Shown here piece after piece: positions 54,935 to 63,841 of a stretch of 64,000 bases of DNA. The stretch comes from Nanobdellati archaeon. GTDB taxonomy: Archaea; Nanobdellota; Nanobdellia; Woesearchaeales; GCA-2686295. Position 1 is the first letter of the stretch. Every line of letters begins with the position of its first letter. The position numbers and the translations under genes were made by a program. Below the pieces are notes generated by a model, which ran no database searches, was not told the DNA's origin, and was given only the letters and a program-made list of their open reading frames with translations. The stretch spans positions 36,262 to 100,261 of the forward strand of contig JACNFY010000019.1 of the NCBI GenBank assembly GCA_014384375.1. The letters run 5' to 3'.

Positions 54935-57556
54935 ATGGGGGACAAAGAGGCTGCCAAACAGCAGATTCAGCTACTTATTGACAAGTATGAGAAAGTTAAA
55001 TCTGAAGGGAAGATTAAAAGTTATAATGAAGAACGAACAAAGCAAGAGTTCATACGTCCCTTATTTGAAGCTTTAGGTTGGGATTTTACTGAAGATGTTT
55101 TACCAGAAGACAAGGCTTCAAGAGGAAGAGTTGATTATTCTTTTAGAATTAATGAATTTCCTAAATTCTTTTTAGAAGCAAAAAAACTATCTGCAGATTT
55201 AGAAGATCAACAATGGGCAGAACAAGTAATAAATTATGCTTGGCATAGAGGAATAACCTGGGCTATTTTAACTGATTTTGAAGGATTAAAAATATTTAAT
55301 GCTGAATGGAAATCAGGAAATATATGGCAAAATCAATTAGGACCTACAATCAAGTATCATCAGTATATCTCTAGATTTGATGAACTCTGGTGTCTTTCAA
55401 GAAAGAGTATGAAAAAAAGGGAATTAGATATTTACGCTGAAAAACACTATAAAAAAATAAAAAAGTCACCTGTAGGAAAGCAAATTCTTATTGATTTAAT
55501 GCATTGGAGAGATATTTTATCTAGTAATATAACTCTAAAAAATCAAGGAAAAATTTTAAGTGAAGAGGATTTAGATGAAGCTGTTCAGAGAATTCTGGAT
55601 AGACTCATATTTATACGTTTCTGTGAAGATAAAGAGTTAGAAGAAAAAATACTTCAAACACACTTAAGAGACTGGCGAGACCATCAGAAAAAGCACTTTG
55701 TTATTATTTTAAGAGACATTTTTGAATATTTTAATGAAGTATATAACGGTAAGTTATTCCGTCCTCATCTTTGTGACGATTTAATGATCGATGATGAAAT
55801 ACTAGAAGAAATAATAGGAGGGCTTCATCATACAAAAGACAGAAATATTTTCTATAATTTTGCGGATATAGAAGCTGATGTTCTTGGGAATATGTACGAG
55901 CAATATTTGGGACACATATTGAAAAAAACTGTTAAGAAAGCTAAAATAAAGAAAGTAAAAAGTCACAGAAAAGAGCACGGTATTTATTTTACACCAACTT
56001 ATATTGTAGATTATATTGTTAAAAATACTTTAGGAGAGCTATTAAAGGATAAGAAAGTTAATGCAGAAAAAATTAAAGTTTTAGACCCTGCTTGTGGCTC
56101 AGGCTCTTTCTTAATAAAAGTATTTGATTATTTAGAAAAACACTTTAAAGAAAAAGCAAGTGTTCAGCAAGAATTAGAATTTGCAAGAAAAACTAAAATA
56201 TTAACAAATAATATTTTTGGAGTTGATCTAGATCCTAAAGCTGTCGAAATAGCACAACTTAATCTTTTATTAAAAACTACTGAAAAGAAACATAGACTTC
56301 CAGATATTGAAGAAAACATTAGAGAAGGAAACAGCTTGATTGATGATTCTCAAATAGCAGGAAATAAAGCTTTCAAATGGGAAGAAAAATTCAAAGAAAT
56401 AATGAATGAAGGAGGTTTTGATGTTGTTATTGGGAATCCACCTTACTTCAATATTAAACAGGATGACATATTGAAAAAAGCTAAAGATTTCTCATTATTG
56501 TTATCAGGTGTTCTTAATGCGGCAACGCTCTTTCTAAAAAAAGGAATTGATTTATTAAAAAATGGTGGTTTTTTGGGTTTTATTATTCCCAAATCTTTCT
56601 TAATAGTTGACTCGTGGTATCCTATAAGAAAAATAATCTTGGAAAACTATAACATAAAGAGTGTGTATGATGTTGGAATCGCTTTTGAAGAAGTTGGGCT
56701 TGAACAAGTAATAATAATTCTTCAAAAAGATAAAAGTTCTAAAAACAATATAAATATAATTAGAGAAGGAGAACAAATTAACATAATTCCACAAAATTTC
56801 TTTGAAAAAAAAAGGGTAATACTTACTTCATTAGATAAAGAAAAATATCCTCTGATTTTGAAAATGGAAATGAATTCTACAAAACTAAGTGAGTTTAGTG
56901 ATATGCCAAGAGGTCTTACAGTTAAGTCTTCTGAATACATATTAGCACCTTCTAGTGATATTGTACAAGTTCTTGGTGGAACAAATGTTGAAAGATACAG
57001 AAAGAAAGAGGGAAGTAAAAGAAAACCAAACAGATATTTAGATAAACAGAACCAAAAAATCTTACAAAAGAAATTTATTTTTGAAAAAGAAAGACTCATT
57101 TATCAAAATATTGCTTCAAGTGTACCAAGAATAGTTGCAACAATAGAAAATAAAAAATTACCAACAGACGATACTTTAAATAACTTGACATGTCAAAAAT
57201 CTGATTTATCGATTAAATATATTTTAGCTATATTAAATTCTAAATTAACCACTTTCTATCTCAGATATGCAATAATAAATTGTTCCGTTCTTACAGTTCA
57301 TCTTGATAAACCATATCTAGGCAAGGTTCCTATTAAAATTATTCCAAAATCGCAGCAAGAATTAATAAGTAGTTTTGTTGACAAGATGCTCTCGCTTAAC
57401 AAACGCTTTAACGAACTTGGCGACAAACAAACAGATGAAAGAGCAAAGATAGAAGAACAAATTAAAAAAACAGATGAAGAAATTGACAGATTAGTTTACA
57501 AGATTTATGGAATAACTAAAGAGGAGCAGAGGATTATTGAGGAGAGTTTGAAATGA
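54935..57556 (+). CDS. Type IIG (Eco57I/TaqI-like) single-chain restriction endonuclease / N6-adenine DNA methyltransferase
   Basis: An N-terminal PD-(D/E)xK-like nuclease motif reads RVDYSF...FFLEAKK. Methyltransferase motif I is VLDPACGSGSFL and motif IV is VVIGNPPYF. A C-terminal region of about 350 aa has the length and position of a target-recognition domain. Confidence 0.85.
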   Translation: MGDKEAAKQQIQLLIDKYEKVKSEGKIKSYNEERTKQEFIRPLFEALGWDFTEDVLPEDKASRGRVDYSFRINEFPKFFLEAKKLSADLEDQQWAEQVINYAWHRGITWAILTDFEGLKIFNAEWKSGNIWQNQLGPTIKYHQYISRFDELWCLSRKSMKKRELDIYAEKHYKKIKKSPVGKQILIDLMHWRDILSSNITLKNQGKILSEEDLDEAVQRILDRLIFIRFCEDKELEEKILQTHLRDWRDHQKKHFVIILRDIFEYFNEVYNGKLFRPHLCDDLMIDDEILEEIIGGLHHTKDRNIFYNFADIEADVLGNMYEQYLGHILKKTVKKAKIKKVKSHRKEHGIYFTPTYIVDYIVKNTLGELLKDKKVNAEKIKVLDPACGSGSFLIKVFDYLEKHFKEKASVQQELEFARKTKILTNNIFGVDLDPKAVEIAQLNLLLKTTEKKHRLPDIEENIREGNSLIDDSQIAGNKAFKWEEKFKEIMNEGGFDVVIGNPPYFNIKQDDILKKAKDFSLLLSGVLNAATLFLKKGIDLLKNGGFLGFIIPKSFLIVDSWYPIRKIILENYNIKSVYDVGIAFEEVGLEQVIIILQKDKSSKNNINIIREGEQINIIPQNFFEKKRVILTSLDKEKYPLILKMEMNSTKLSEFSDMPRGLTVKSSEYILAPSSDIVQVLGGTNVERYRKKEGSKRKPNRYLDKQNQKILQKKFIFEKERLIYQNIASSVPRIVATIENKKLPTDDTLNNLTCQKSDLSIKYILAILNSKLTTFYLRYAIINCSVLTVHLDKPYLGKVPIKIIPKSQQELISSFVDKMLSLNKRFNELGDKQTDERAKIEEQIKKTDEEIDRLVYKIYGITKEEQRIIEESLK

Positions 57557-57702
57557 AATTATAAAAAACAGAATTTCTAATGTTATCATTGGTATTTTGT
57601 GCTTCAGATTCTAACTACGGATGGTAGCAAAGCCCTTAAATGCCAAAAGGCTTATATATAATAAAACCAATATACTTAATAAAATTTATTATGAGGTAAA
57701 AA

Positions 57703-57909
57703 ATGAATTTTATCAATATTATGCAAAGATGGTCTTTTGAAGTTTTGGGTTTGTTGTTAATAATTATACCTGGAATAATTTTGTTAAGGAATGTCTTGGG
57801 CGGAAATACAAGCAATTGGAGTGTTTATGTAATTTTAATTGCTTTTGGAGGATTATTGTCTGGATTTAAATCTATTTATAATAATATTATGCGTTACTTT
57901 GGAAGATAA
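57703..57909 (+). CDS. Small membrane protein (68 aa)
   Basis: Two predicted TM helices. GAGGTAAAAA precedes the ATG. Confidence 0.35.
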   Translation: MNFINIMQRWSFEVLGLLLIIIPGIILLRNVLGGNTSNWSVYVILIAFGGLLSGFKSIYNNIMRYFGR

Positions 57910-58002
57910 AGAATATTTTGTTCTTATTCTAGACAAATAAATTTCCTCTTAAATCAAAACTTTTATAAACAAAATATTAATATCTTTGGTCAGGTGGTAA
58001 TT

Positions 58003-58401
58003 ATGACTATTGTAGGGTTTAATTTTACAAAGTTAGTGGCTGAAAAGAAGAGGCCTGTGAAAGGAAAAATCAATATTAAGAATAATGTTTCTATAAAGAA
58101 TATTTCAGAGTCAAAGCTAGCTATTGATGCTAAGAAGAAAGCTTTGAAATTTGATTTTGTTTACACTTCAAGTTACGAGCCCGGTGTAGGTCTTATAGAG
58201 ATAGAGGGAGAAACAATCTTTCTAGCTGATGAAAAAGTTGCTAAAGAGACTTTGAGTAAATGGAAGAAAGAGAAGAAAGCGCCTTCTCAAATAATGCGTG
58301 AGTTGATGAATCACATCTTAACAAGATGTAATGTTGAAGCAATTGTATTGAGCAAGGATATCAATCTTCCAGCGCCGATACCTCTTCCAAAAATGAAGTG
58401 A
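58003..58401 (+). CDS. Hypothetical protein (132 aa) with a weak SecB-like sequence pattern
   Basis: I set the start at the ATG at 58003, 5 nt after AGGTGGT. Alternating beta-like segments and the C-terminal NHILTRCNVEAIVLSKDINLPAPIPLPKM recall the SecB segment [29 protein letters not shown]. The resemblance is weak. Confidence 0.4.
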   Translation: MTIVGFNFTKLVAEKKRPVKGKINIKNNVSIKNISESKLAIDAKKKALKFDFVYTSSYEPGVGLIEIEGETIFLADEKVAKETLSKWKKEKKAPSQIMRELMNHILTRCNVEAIVLSKDINLPAPIPLPKMK

Positions 58402-58486
58402 TTAACTTTCTTTTTTTCTCTTTTCCAAAAATTTATAAAGAGTAATTTATTGCCAATTCATCGAGTAAGAAAGGAGGCTGGTAAGA

Positions 58487-60763
58487 ATAGCTGATGAGAT
58501 AAAACTAAAGGTTGCAGAATCAATACAAGATGATGTTAACAAAGGAATAGTTAGGATAGATAGTTCTTTCTTAAGAGAGCTCGATATAAGGTCTGGGAAC
58601 ATAGTGGAGATAAAAGGTGAGAGAACAACTGTTGCTATTGCAGACCGCTCATTACCAGGAGATATGGGGTTGAATATTATAAGGATGGACGGTCTTATAA
58701 GAAGGAATGCTAAGACAACCATTGGTGAAATGGTCACTATAAAGAAAGCTGATGTTAAGGAAGCAAAGAAAGTCACCATAGCTCCTGCCAGAAAGGGAAT
58801 CATGATTAAAGCAAGTGCTGAAGTTTTCAAGCAAGGACTTCTCGGAAGAGCAGTCACGAAGGGAGACATTGTATCCTTGGGAGGAACAAGGAGAAGAAAG
58901 AACACAATGGCTGAAAGTCCTTTCTTTCAGGATATGTTCTCAATGCTTGATGACACTATGATGGGATTTGGTCTTGGAGATCTGAAGTTCATAGTTGTTG
59001 ATGCACAACCAAAACAAGCGGTTCTTATAACAGAGCACACCCATGTAAATTACAGTCCTGAATCAGTCGAATTTGAAGAGGAGAGGATTATAGACATAAC
59101 ATATGAGGATGTTGGTGGGTTAGGGTCAGAGATAAAGAAAGTCAGAGAGATGGTTGAGCTGCCATTGAAGCATCCTGAGGTGTTTGAGAGGTTAGGAATA
59201 GAGCCTCCGAAAGGGGTCCTTTTACATGGTCCGCCAGGAACGGGTAAAACATTGCTTGCAAAAGCAGTTGCGAATGAGACAAACGCTAACTTCATACTTA
59301 TTAATGGTCCTGAGATAATGAGCAAGTACTATGGGCAAAGCGAAGAAAACTTGAGAAAAAAATTTGAAGATGCTGAGAAGAATGCTCCTTCAATCATATT
59401 CATCGATGAGATTGATGCTATCGCATCGAAAAGAGAGGAGAGCAAGGGAGAAGTTGAGAGAAGAGTGGTTGCTCAATTGCTAGCTTTGATGGATGGCTTG
59501 AAGAGTCGTGGAAAAGTGGTTGTGATTGCGGCCACAAATATTCCAAATTCTTTGGATCCTGCATTAAGAAGACCAGGACGCTTTGATAGAGAGATAGAGA
59601 TAGGTGTTCCACAGAAAGAGGGAAGACTTGATATTCTCAAGATTCACACAAGAAACATGCCTCTTGGAAAGAATGTGAGTCTGAAGAAAATGGCAGAAGT
59701 AACGTATGGGTTTGTAGGTGCAGACCTTGCATCGCTTGCCAAAGAGGCTGCTATGATAGTTTTGAGGAGAATTTTGCCTGACCTTAAATTGGATGAGGAG
59801 GAGTCAGTACCCGGTGAGGTACTTGAAAAATTAAGATTAACTCACGATGATTTCAAAGAAGCGCTTAAGGTTGTAAGGCCTTCAGCTATGAGGGAAGTGC
59901 TTATCGAGATTCCTAATGTTAAATGGGAGGATATTGGTGGACTTGAGGATGTGAAGCAGGAGTTGATAGAGGCAGTTGAGTGGCCCCTAAAGAAGGGAGA
60001 AGCGTTCTCAAGACTTGGCATAAAGCCACCTAAAGGAGTGCTTATATACGGAGCTCCAGGAACAGGAAAAACATTGCTAGCAAAAGCAGTTGCTACTGAA
60101 TCAGAAGCTAATTTTATACTTATCAAAGGCCCAGAGCTCTTGAGTAAATGGGTTGGAGAGAGCGAGAAAGCTGTTAGGAAGATATTTCAGAAAGCAAGGC
60201 AGACATCACCAACGATAATATTCTTTGATGAATTGGATGCGATGGCTCATAAAAGAACTCAGGGTTCAGATTCGCGTGTGAATGAAAGGGTTGTGAATCA
60301 GCTGTTAACAGAGATGGATGGTTTGCAAGACCTAAGTGATGTTGTGATAATAGCCGCTACCAACAGACCTGATATGGTTGATACAGCTTTATTGAGACCT
60401 GGAAGATTTGACAGGATAGTTCTGACACCTGTGCCTGACAAAAAGACAAGAGAGGCCATATTCAGGGTTCACATCAAAGGTATGCCTCTTGCTAAGGATT
60501 TTAATATAAAGAAATTAGTGGAAAAAACAGAGAACTATGTTGGCGCAGATATAGAAGCTATATGCAGAGAAGCAGCAATCATGGCATTGAGGGATGATAT
60601 CAAGGCAAAGACAGTCAAGATGAAATACTTTGAAAAAGCACTTGAAAAGGTCAGACCTTCCGTGACAAAGGATATAGAGAAAGCATACGTCAAACTTAGA
60701 GATCAGTTCACCAGAGCAAGAGCCAAGAGCATGCAAGAAGAGAAACCTAGCTATTATGGATAA
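58487..60763 (+). CDS. cdc48: CDC48/VCP-type AAA+ ATPase (N domain plus D1 and D2)
   Basis: Two Walker A motifs ([26 protein letters not shown]) and two Walker B motifs ([16 protein letters not shown]) are present. N-domain sequence [47 protein letters not shown] lies upstream of the track start (GTG 58604). The frame is open from 58469, but no ATG, GTG or TTG is available, so the start is uncertain. Confidence 0.9.
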   Translation: MADEIKLKVAESIQDDVNKGIVRIDSSFLRELDIRSGNIVEIKGERTTVAIADRSLPGDMGLNIIRMDGLIRRNAKTTIGEMVTIKKADVKEAKKVTIAPARKGIMIKASAEVFKQGLLGRAVTKGDIVSLGGTRRRKNTMAESPFFQDMFSMLDDTMMGFGLGDLKFIVVDAQPKQAVLITEHTHVNYSPESVEFEEERIIDITYEDVGGLGSEIKKVREMVELPLKHPEVFERLGIEPPKGVLLHGPPGTGKTLLAKAVANETNANFILINGPEIMSKYYGQSEENLRKKFEDAEKNAPSIIFIDEIDAIASKREESKGEVERRVVAQLLALMDGLKSRGKVVVIAATNIPNSLDPALRRPGRFDREIEIGVPQKEGRLDILKIHTRNMPLGKNVSLKKMAEVTYGFVGADLASLAKEAAMIVLRRILPDLKLDEEESVPGEVLEKLRLTHDDFKEALKVVRPSAMREVLIEIPNVKWEDIGGLEDVKQELIEAVEWPLKKGEAFSRLGIKPPKGVLIYGAPGTGKTLLAKAVATESEANFILIKGPELLSKWVGESEKAVRKIFQKARQTSPTIIFFDELDAMAHKRTQGSDSRVNERVVNQLLTEMDGLQDLSDVVIIAATNRPDMVDTALLRPGRFDRIVLTPVPDKKTREAIFRVHIKGMPLAKDFNIKKLVEKTENYVGADIEAICREAAIMALRDDIKAKTVKMKYFEKALEKVRPSVTKDIEKAYVKLRDQFTRARAKSMQEEKPSYYG

Positions 60764-60787
60764 AAACATACAAAAATCTAGATTTTT

Positions 60788-60818
60788 GAAGTTTGAAATT
60801 TTTGAAATTCCAAACTTT
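60788..60818 (+). promoter_or_regulatory. Hairpin-forming inverted repeat between the cdc48 stop and the gatD TATA-like box
   Basis: GAAGTTTGAAATTT (60788-60801) pairs with AAATTCCAAACTTT (60805-60818), giving 14 positions with one mismatch and one G-U and a 3-nt loop. It is followed at once by TTATATAC, about 27 nt upstream of the gatD ATG. It may be a cdc48 terminator and/or a gatD promoter element. Confidence 0.3.
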
Positions 60819-60846
60819 TATATACTTCTTTTTTTATTATTGTTTC

Positions 60847-62145
60847 ATGGCTAAAGCTGGTGATAAAGTCAAAATTTTCTATAAAAAAGAGGTTGTTGAA
60901 GGAGTTCTTATGCCTGAAGAGGATCCAAAGTTTGTATTTGTCAAGCTGGATAGTGGTTATAATATTGGTCTGAAGAAAAGCTTTGTCAAGAGAACAGAGA
61001 TGGTTAAGAAGAAGGTAAAGTCAAAACAAGCAACTAAAAAAGTGACTACAAAAAGAGGTTTGCCAACCATTTCAATACTGCACACAGGTGGTACTATTGC
61101 CTCAAAAGTCGATTATGAAACTGGAGCAGTGATTGCGAGGTATTCTCCTGAAGAAATCCTTAGTATGTTTCCTGAACTAAAACAAATAGCGAATATTAAA
61201 TCTCGTTTAGTAAGAAATATGTGGTCAGAAGATATGAGATTTGCTCATTATAATATGCTTGCTAAAGAAGTGAAAAAGGAAATAAATGGAGGCTCGAATG
61301 GAGTCATTATAACTCACGGGACAGATACTTTACACTACACTTCTGCAGCTTTGAGTTTTGCACTTGAAAATCTGCCTGTTCCTGTAATACTTGTTGGTTC
61401 ACAGAGAAGTTCTGATAGGGGAAGTAGTGATGCAGCTGTAAACCTAATTTCTGCAGCATTATTCATATCAACAAGGAAAGACTTTGCAGATGTTGCAGTT
61501 TGTATGCATGAAAATACTGATGATGATACTTGTATTATATTGTCTGGAACAAAATGTAGAAAGATGCATTCATCTAGAAGAGATGCTTTTAGAGCTATCA
61601 ACACAACTCCCTGGACTATTATCAACTGGAAAAAGAGAAAGATTAAGATTATCTCAACTGACTATAACAAGCCAAGCAAGAATAAACTTAAGATTTTGCC
61701 TTTTAAAGAAAACTTAAAAGTTGGATTGATGAAGGTACACACACAAATGTATTCAGAACAGTTTAAATTTTATAAAGGATACGCTGGCTTGATAATAGAG
61801 GGAACAGGAATAGCCGGGAACATACCTGTAAATGAGATTGATGATTTCACAAAGGAAAATACAAAGATAGCCAAAGCAATTCAATCATTAGTTAAGAGTG
61901 GGACAGTTGTAGCAGCAGCAACTCAGACTATATACGGAAGAATAGATATGAATGTCTATACAACTGGAAGAAAGATGCAGGATCTTGGAATAATAGGAAA
62001 TTATTTAGACATGATTCCTGAAACAGCATTCATAAAGCTTGCGTGGCTATTATCAAATCACAAAAAGAAAGTCAAAAAATTATTTATGAAAAACTTACGT
62101 GGCGAAATTTCTAACAGAACTGAGAAAGAAACTTATTTAGTATGA
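60847..62145 (+). CDS. gatD: Glutamyl-tRNA(Gln) amidotransferase subunit D
   Basis: The asparaginase-like motifs ILHTGGTIAS and ITHGTDTLHYT are present with the typical GatD N-terminal domain MAKAGDKVKIFYKKEVVEGVLMP. I set the start at the ATG at 60847; the track's 18 extra F/Y-rich residues come from the hairpin and promoter region. Confidence 0.9.
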   Translation: MAKAGDKVKIFYKKEVVEGVLMPEEDPKFVFVKLDSGYNIGLKKSFVKRTEMVKKKVKSKQATKKVTTKRGLPTISILHTGGTIASKVDYETGAVIARYSPEEILSMFPELKQIANIKSRLVRNMWSEDMRFAHYNMLAKEVKKEINGGSNGVIITHGTDTLHYTSAALSFALENLPVPVILVGSQRSSDRGSSDAAVNLISAALFISTRKDFADVAVCMHENTDDDTCIILSGTKCRKMHSSRRDAFRAINTTPWTIINWKKRKIKIISTDYNKPSKNKLKILPFKENLKVGLMKVHTQMYSEQFKFYKGYAGLIIEGTGIAGNIPVNEIDDFTKENTKIAKAIQSLVKSGTVVAAATQTIYGRIDMNVYTTGRKMQDLGIIGNYLDMIPETAFIKLAWLLSNHKKKVKKLFMKNLRGEISNRTEKETYLV

Positions 62146-62381
62146 TTCCAATAAAGGATTTTCTAAACAAAATTAAATGGGACTCTAACTTAAGCGAAGA
62201 AGATTATACTATTTACTATTTTGACAGGATTGAAAATAAATTGTTAGAATTAAGATACAAAGATATAAAAAGATTGGAAGGAAACTTTATTATAACAAAT
62301 ATTAATAATAAAGAAATAAATGTTCCTCTTCATAGGATAAGAAAGGTTGAGAAAGAAGGTGTTGTTGTTTGGCAAAGATAG
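62142..62381 (+). CDS. DUF504/UPF0248-like small protein (MJ1316-type RNA cyclic-end recognition domain family)
   Basis: The 79-aa sequence is PIKDFLNKIKWDSNLSEEDYTIYYFDRIENKLLELRYKDI...IPLHRIRKVEKEGVVVWQR. The WD...Y.I.Y.DR...IP.HRI....G..VW pattern matches that family. It has an ATGA overlap with gatD and a 13-nt overlap with gatE. Confidence 0.6.
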   Translation: MIPIKDFLNKIKWDSNLSEEDYTIYYFDRIENKLLELRYKDIKRLEGNFIITNINNKEINVPLHRIRKVEKEGVVVWQR

Positions 62382-63796
62382 ACTATAATAAAATTGGTTT
62401 CAAATGTGGTATTGAGGTTCATCAGCAATTAGAGGGGAAAAAATTATTCTGTAATTGTCCGACTGAGATTAGGAAAGACAAGCCTGACTTCACATTTGAC
62501 AGAAGGCTAAGAGCTAGTGCAGGAGAGTCAGGAGAGGTTGATGTTGCGGCTTCTTATGAACAGCAGAAGAACAAACTCTTTACATATTGGGCTTATGATG
62601 ACGTCAATTGCTTGGTGGAGATGGATGAGGAACCTCCAGAGCCGATAAATCAAGAAGCATTGAAGACAACGATTCAAGTGGCTAGAATGCTCAACTGCGA
62701 GTTAGTTGACAAGATACAAGTAATGAGGAAAACAGTTGTTGACGGCTCAAACACATCAGGATTCCAAAGAACAGCCTTGGTTGGCAGAAACGGTTTTGTG
62801 GAAATGAATAAGAAAAAAATTGGTATTCCAACAGTATGTCTTGAAGAAGAAGCCTGTCAAGTGATGAAAAGAACTAAGGATCATGATGTTTACAACCTTT
62901 CGAGATTGGGAATTCCACTGATAGAGATAGCTACTGATCCTGACATAGGAAGTCCAGAGGAGTGCAGGGAAGTTGCTGCAAAGATAGGTATGATTCTAAG
63001 AAGTACAGGTGCTTGCAAACGTGGAATTGGAAGTATTAGACAAGACGTTAATATCTCAATTAAAAGAGGTGCTAGAACAGAGATAAAAGGCTTTCAAGAT
63101 TTAAGAAGCATACCAAAAGTTATTGATAATGAGATAAAGAGACAGCAAGAGTTAATCAAGAAAAAGAAGAAGATAAACAAGGAAGTCAGGAAAGCAGAGT
63201 CAGACTTCACAACAAGTTATTTAAGACCGATGCCTGGCGCTGCAAGGATGTATCCAGAGACAGATATAGAGACTATAATTCCTAAAGAAGTAAAGTTTGA
63301 AAAGATAGAAACAATGGATGACAGGATAAAGAGATATAAAAAGAATTATGGTCTGAATGATGACCTTGCAAAGTTAGCAGTGAAATTTGAGAATAAAGAA
63401 GGATTTGTTTTAGAAGGTTATTTTAAGAAGTATAAAGATGCAAAGTTCGTCGTTCAGTTCTTTACATCCACACCAAAGGAACTGAAGAAGAGATACAATG
63501 TTATCATAGATCCAAGACCCATAGCTGAGAAAGTCTTAGATAAGGTAAGTTCTGAAGAGTTGCCTAAGGGCTCTGTTGTAGAACTGCTCGCTGATTATGG
63601 TAAGACGAAGAAGTTAAACTTCGGCAAATTTAAAGGTATTTCAACGGACAAGTTGGAAAAAGAGATAAAAAAGATAGTTGAGAAGAACAAAGGCGCTCCT
63701 GTAGGTGCATTAATGGGAATAATAATGGGTAAGTTCCGCGGCAAAGTCGATGGAAAGCAAGCAATGAAAATATTAAAGAAGCACCATAAGTTCTGA
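62369..63796 (+). CDS. gatE: Glutamyl-tRNA(Gln) amidotransferase subunit E, short form (475 aa)
   Basis: The N-terminus is DYNKIGFKCGIEVHQQLEGKKLFCNCPT, which is GatE-type. VDGSNTSGFQRTALV and LRPMPGAARMYPETDI are also present. The TTG start at 62369 is the only start codon in the open frame and lies 7 nt after GAAGGTG. Confidence 0.85.
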   Translation: MAKIDYNKIGFKCGIEVHQQLEGKKLFCNCPTEIRKDKPDFTFDRRLRASAGESGEVDVAASYEQQKNKLFTYWAYDDVNCLVEMDEEPPEPINQEALKTTIQVARMLNCELVDKIQVMRKTVVDGSNTSGFQRTALVGRNGFVEMNKKKIGIPTVCLEEEACQVMKRTKDHDVYNLSRLGIPLIEIATDPDIGSPEECREVAAKIGMILRSTGACKRGIGSIRQDVNISIKRGARTEIKGFQDLRSIPKVIDNEIKRQQELIKKKKKINKEVRKAESDFTTSYLRPMPGAARMYPETDIETIIPKEVKFEKIETMDDRIKRYKKNYGLNDDLAKLAVKFENKEGFVLEGYFKKYKDAKFVVQFFTSTPKELKKRYNVIIDPRPIAEKVLDKVSSEELPKGSVVELLADYGKTKKLNFGKFKGISTDKLEKEIKKIVEKNKGAPVGALMGIIMGKFRGKVDGKQAMKILKKHHKF

Positions 63797-63841
63797 TTTT
63801 AAAGATTAATTTTTTATAGATTAATTTCTTTTTCCTTTGCA

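Noticed and set aside
58447-58905. A 152-aa reverse-strand ORF overlapping the start of cdc48.
   Set aside because: It is antisense to the well-conserved CDC48 N-domain coding sequence and has a hydrophobic low-complexity translation. It is a shadow ORF.
60793-60846. An 18-residue F/Y-rich N-terminal extension of gatD in the track.
   Set aside because: It is encoded by the intergenic hairpin and the TATA-like sequence. The ATG at 60847 yields a typical GatD N-terminus.
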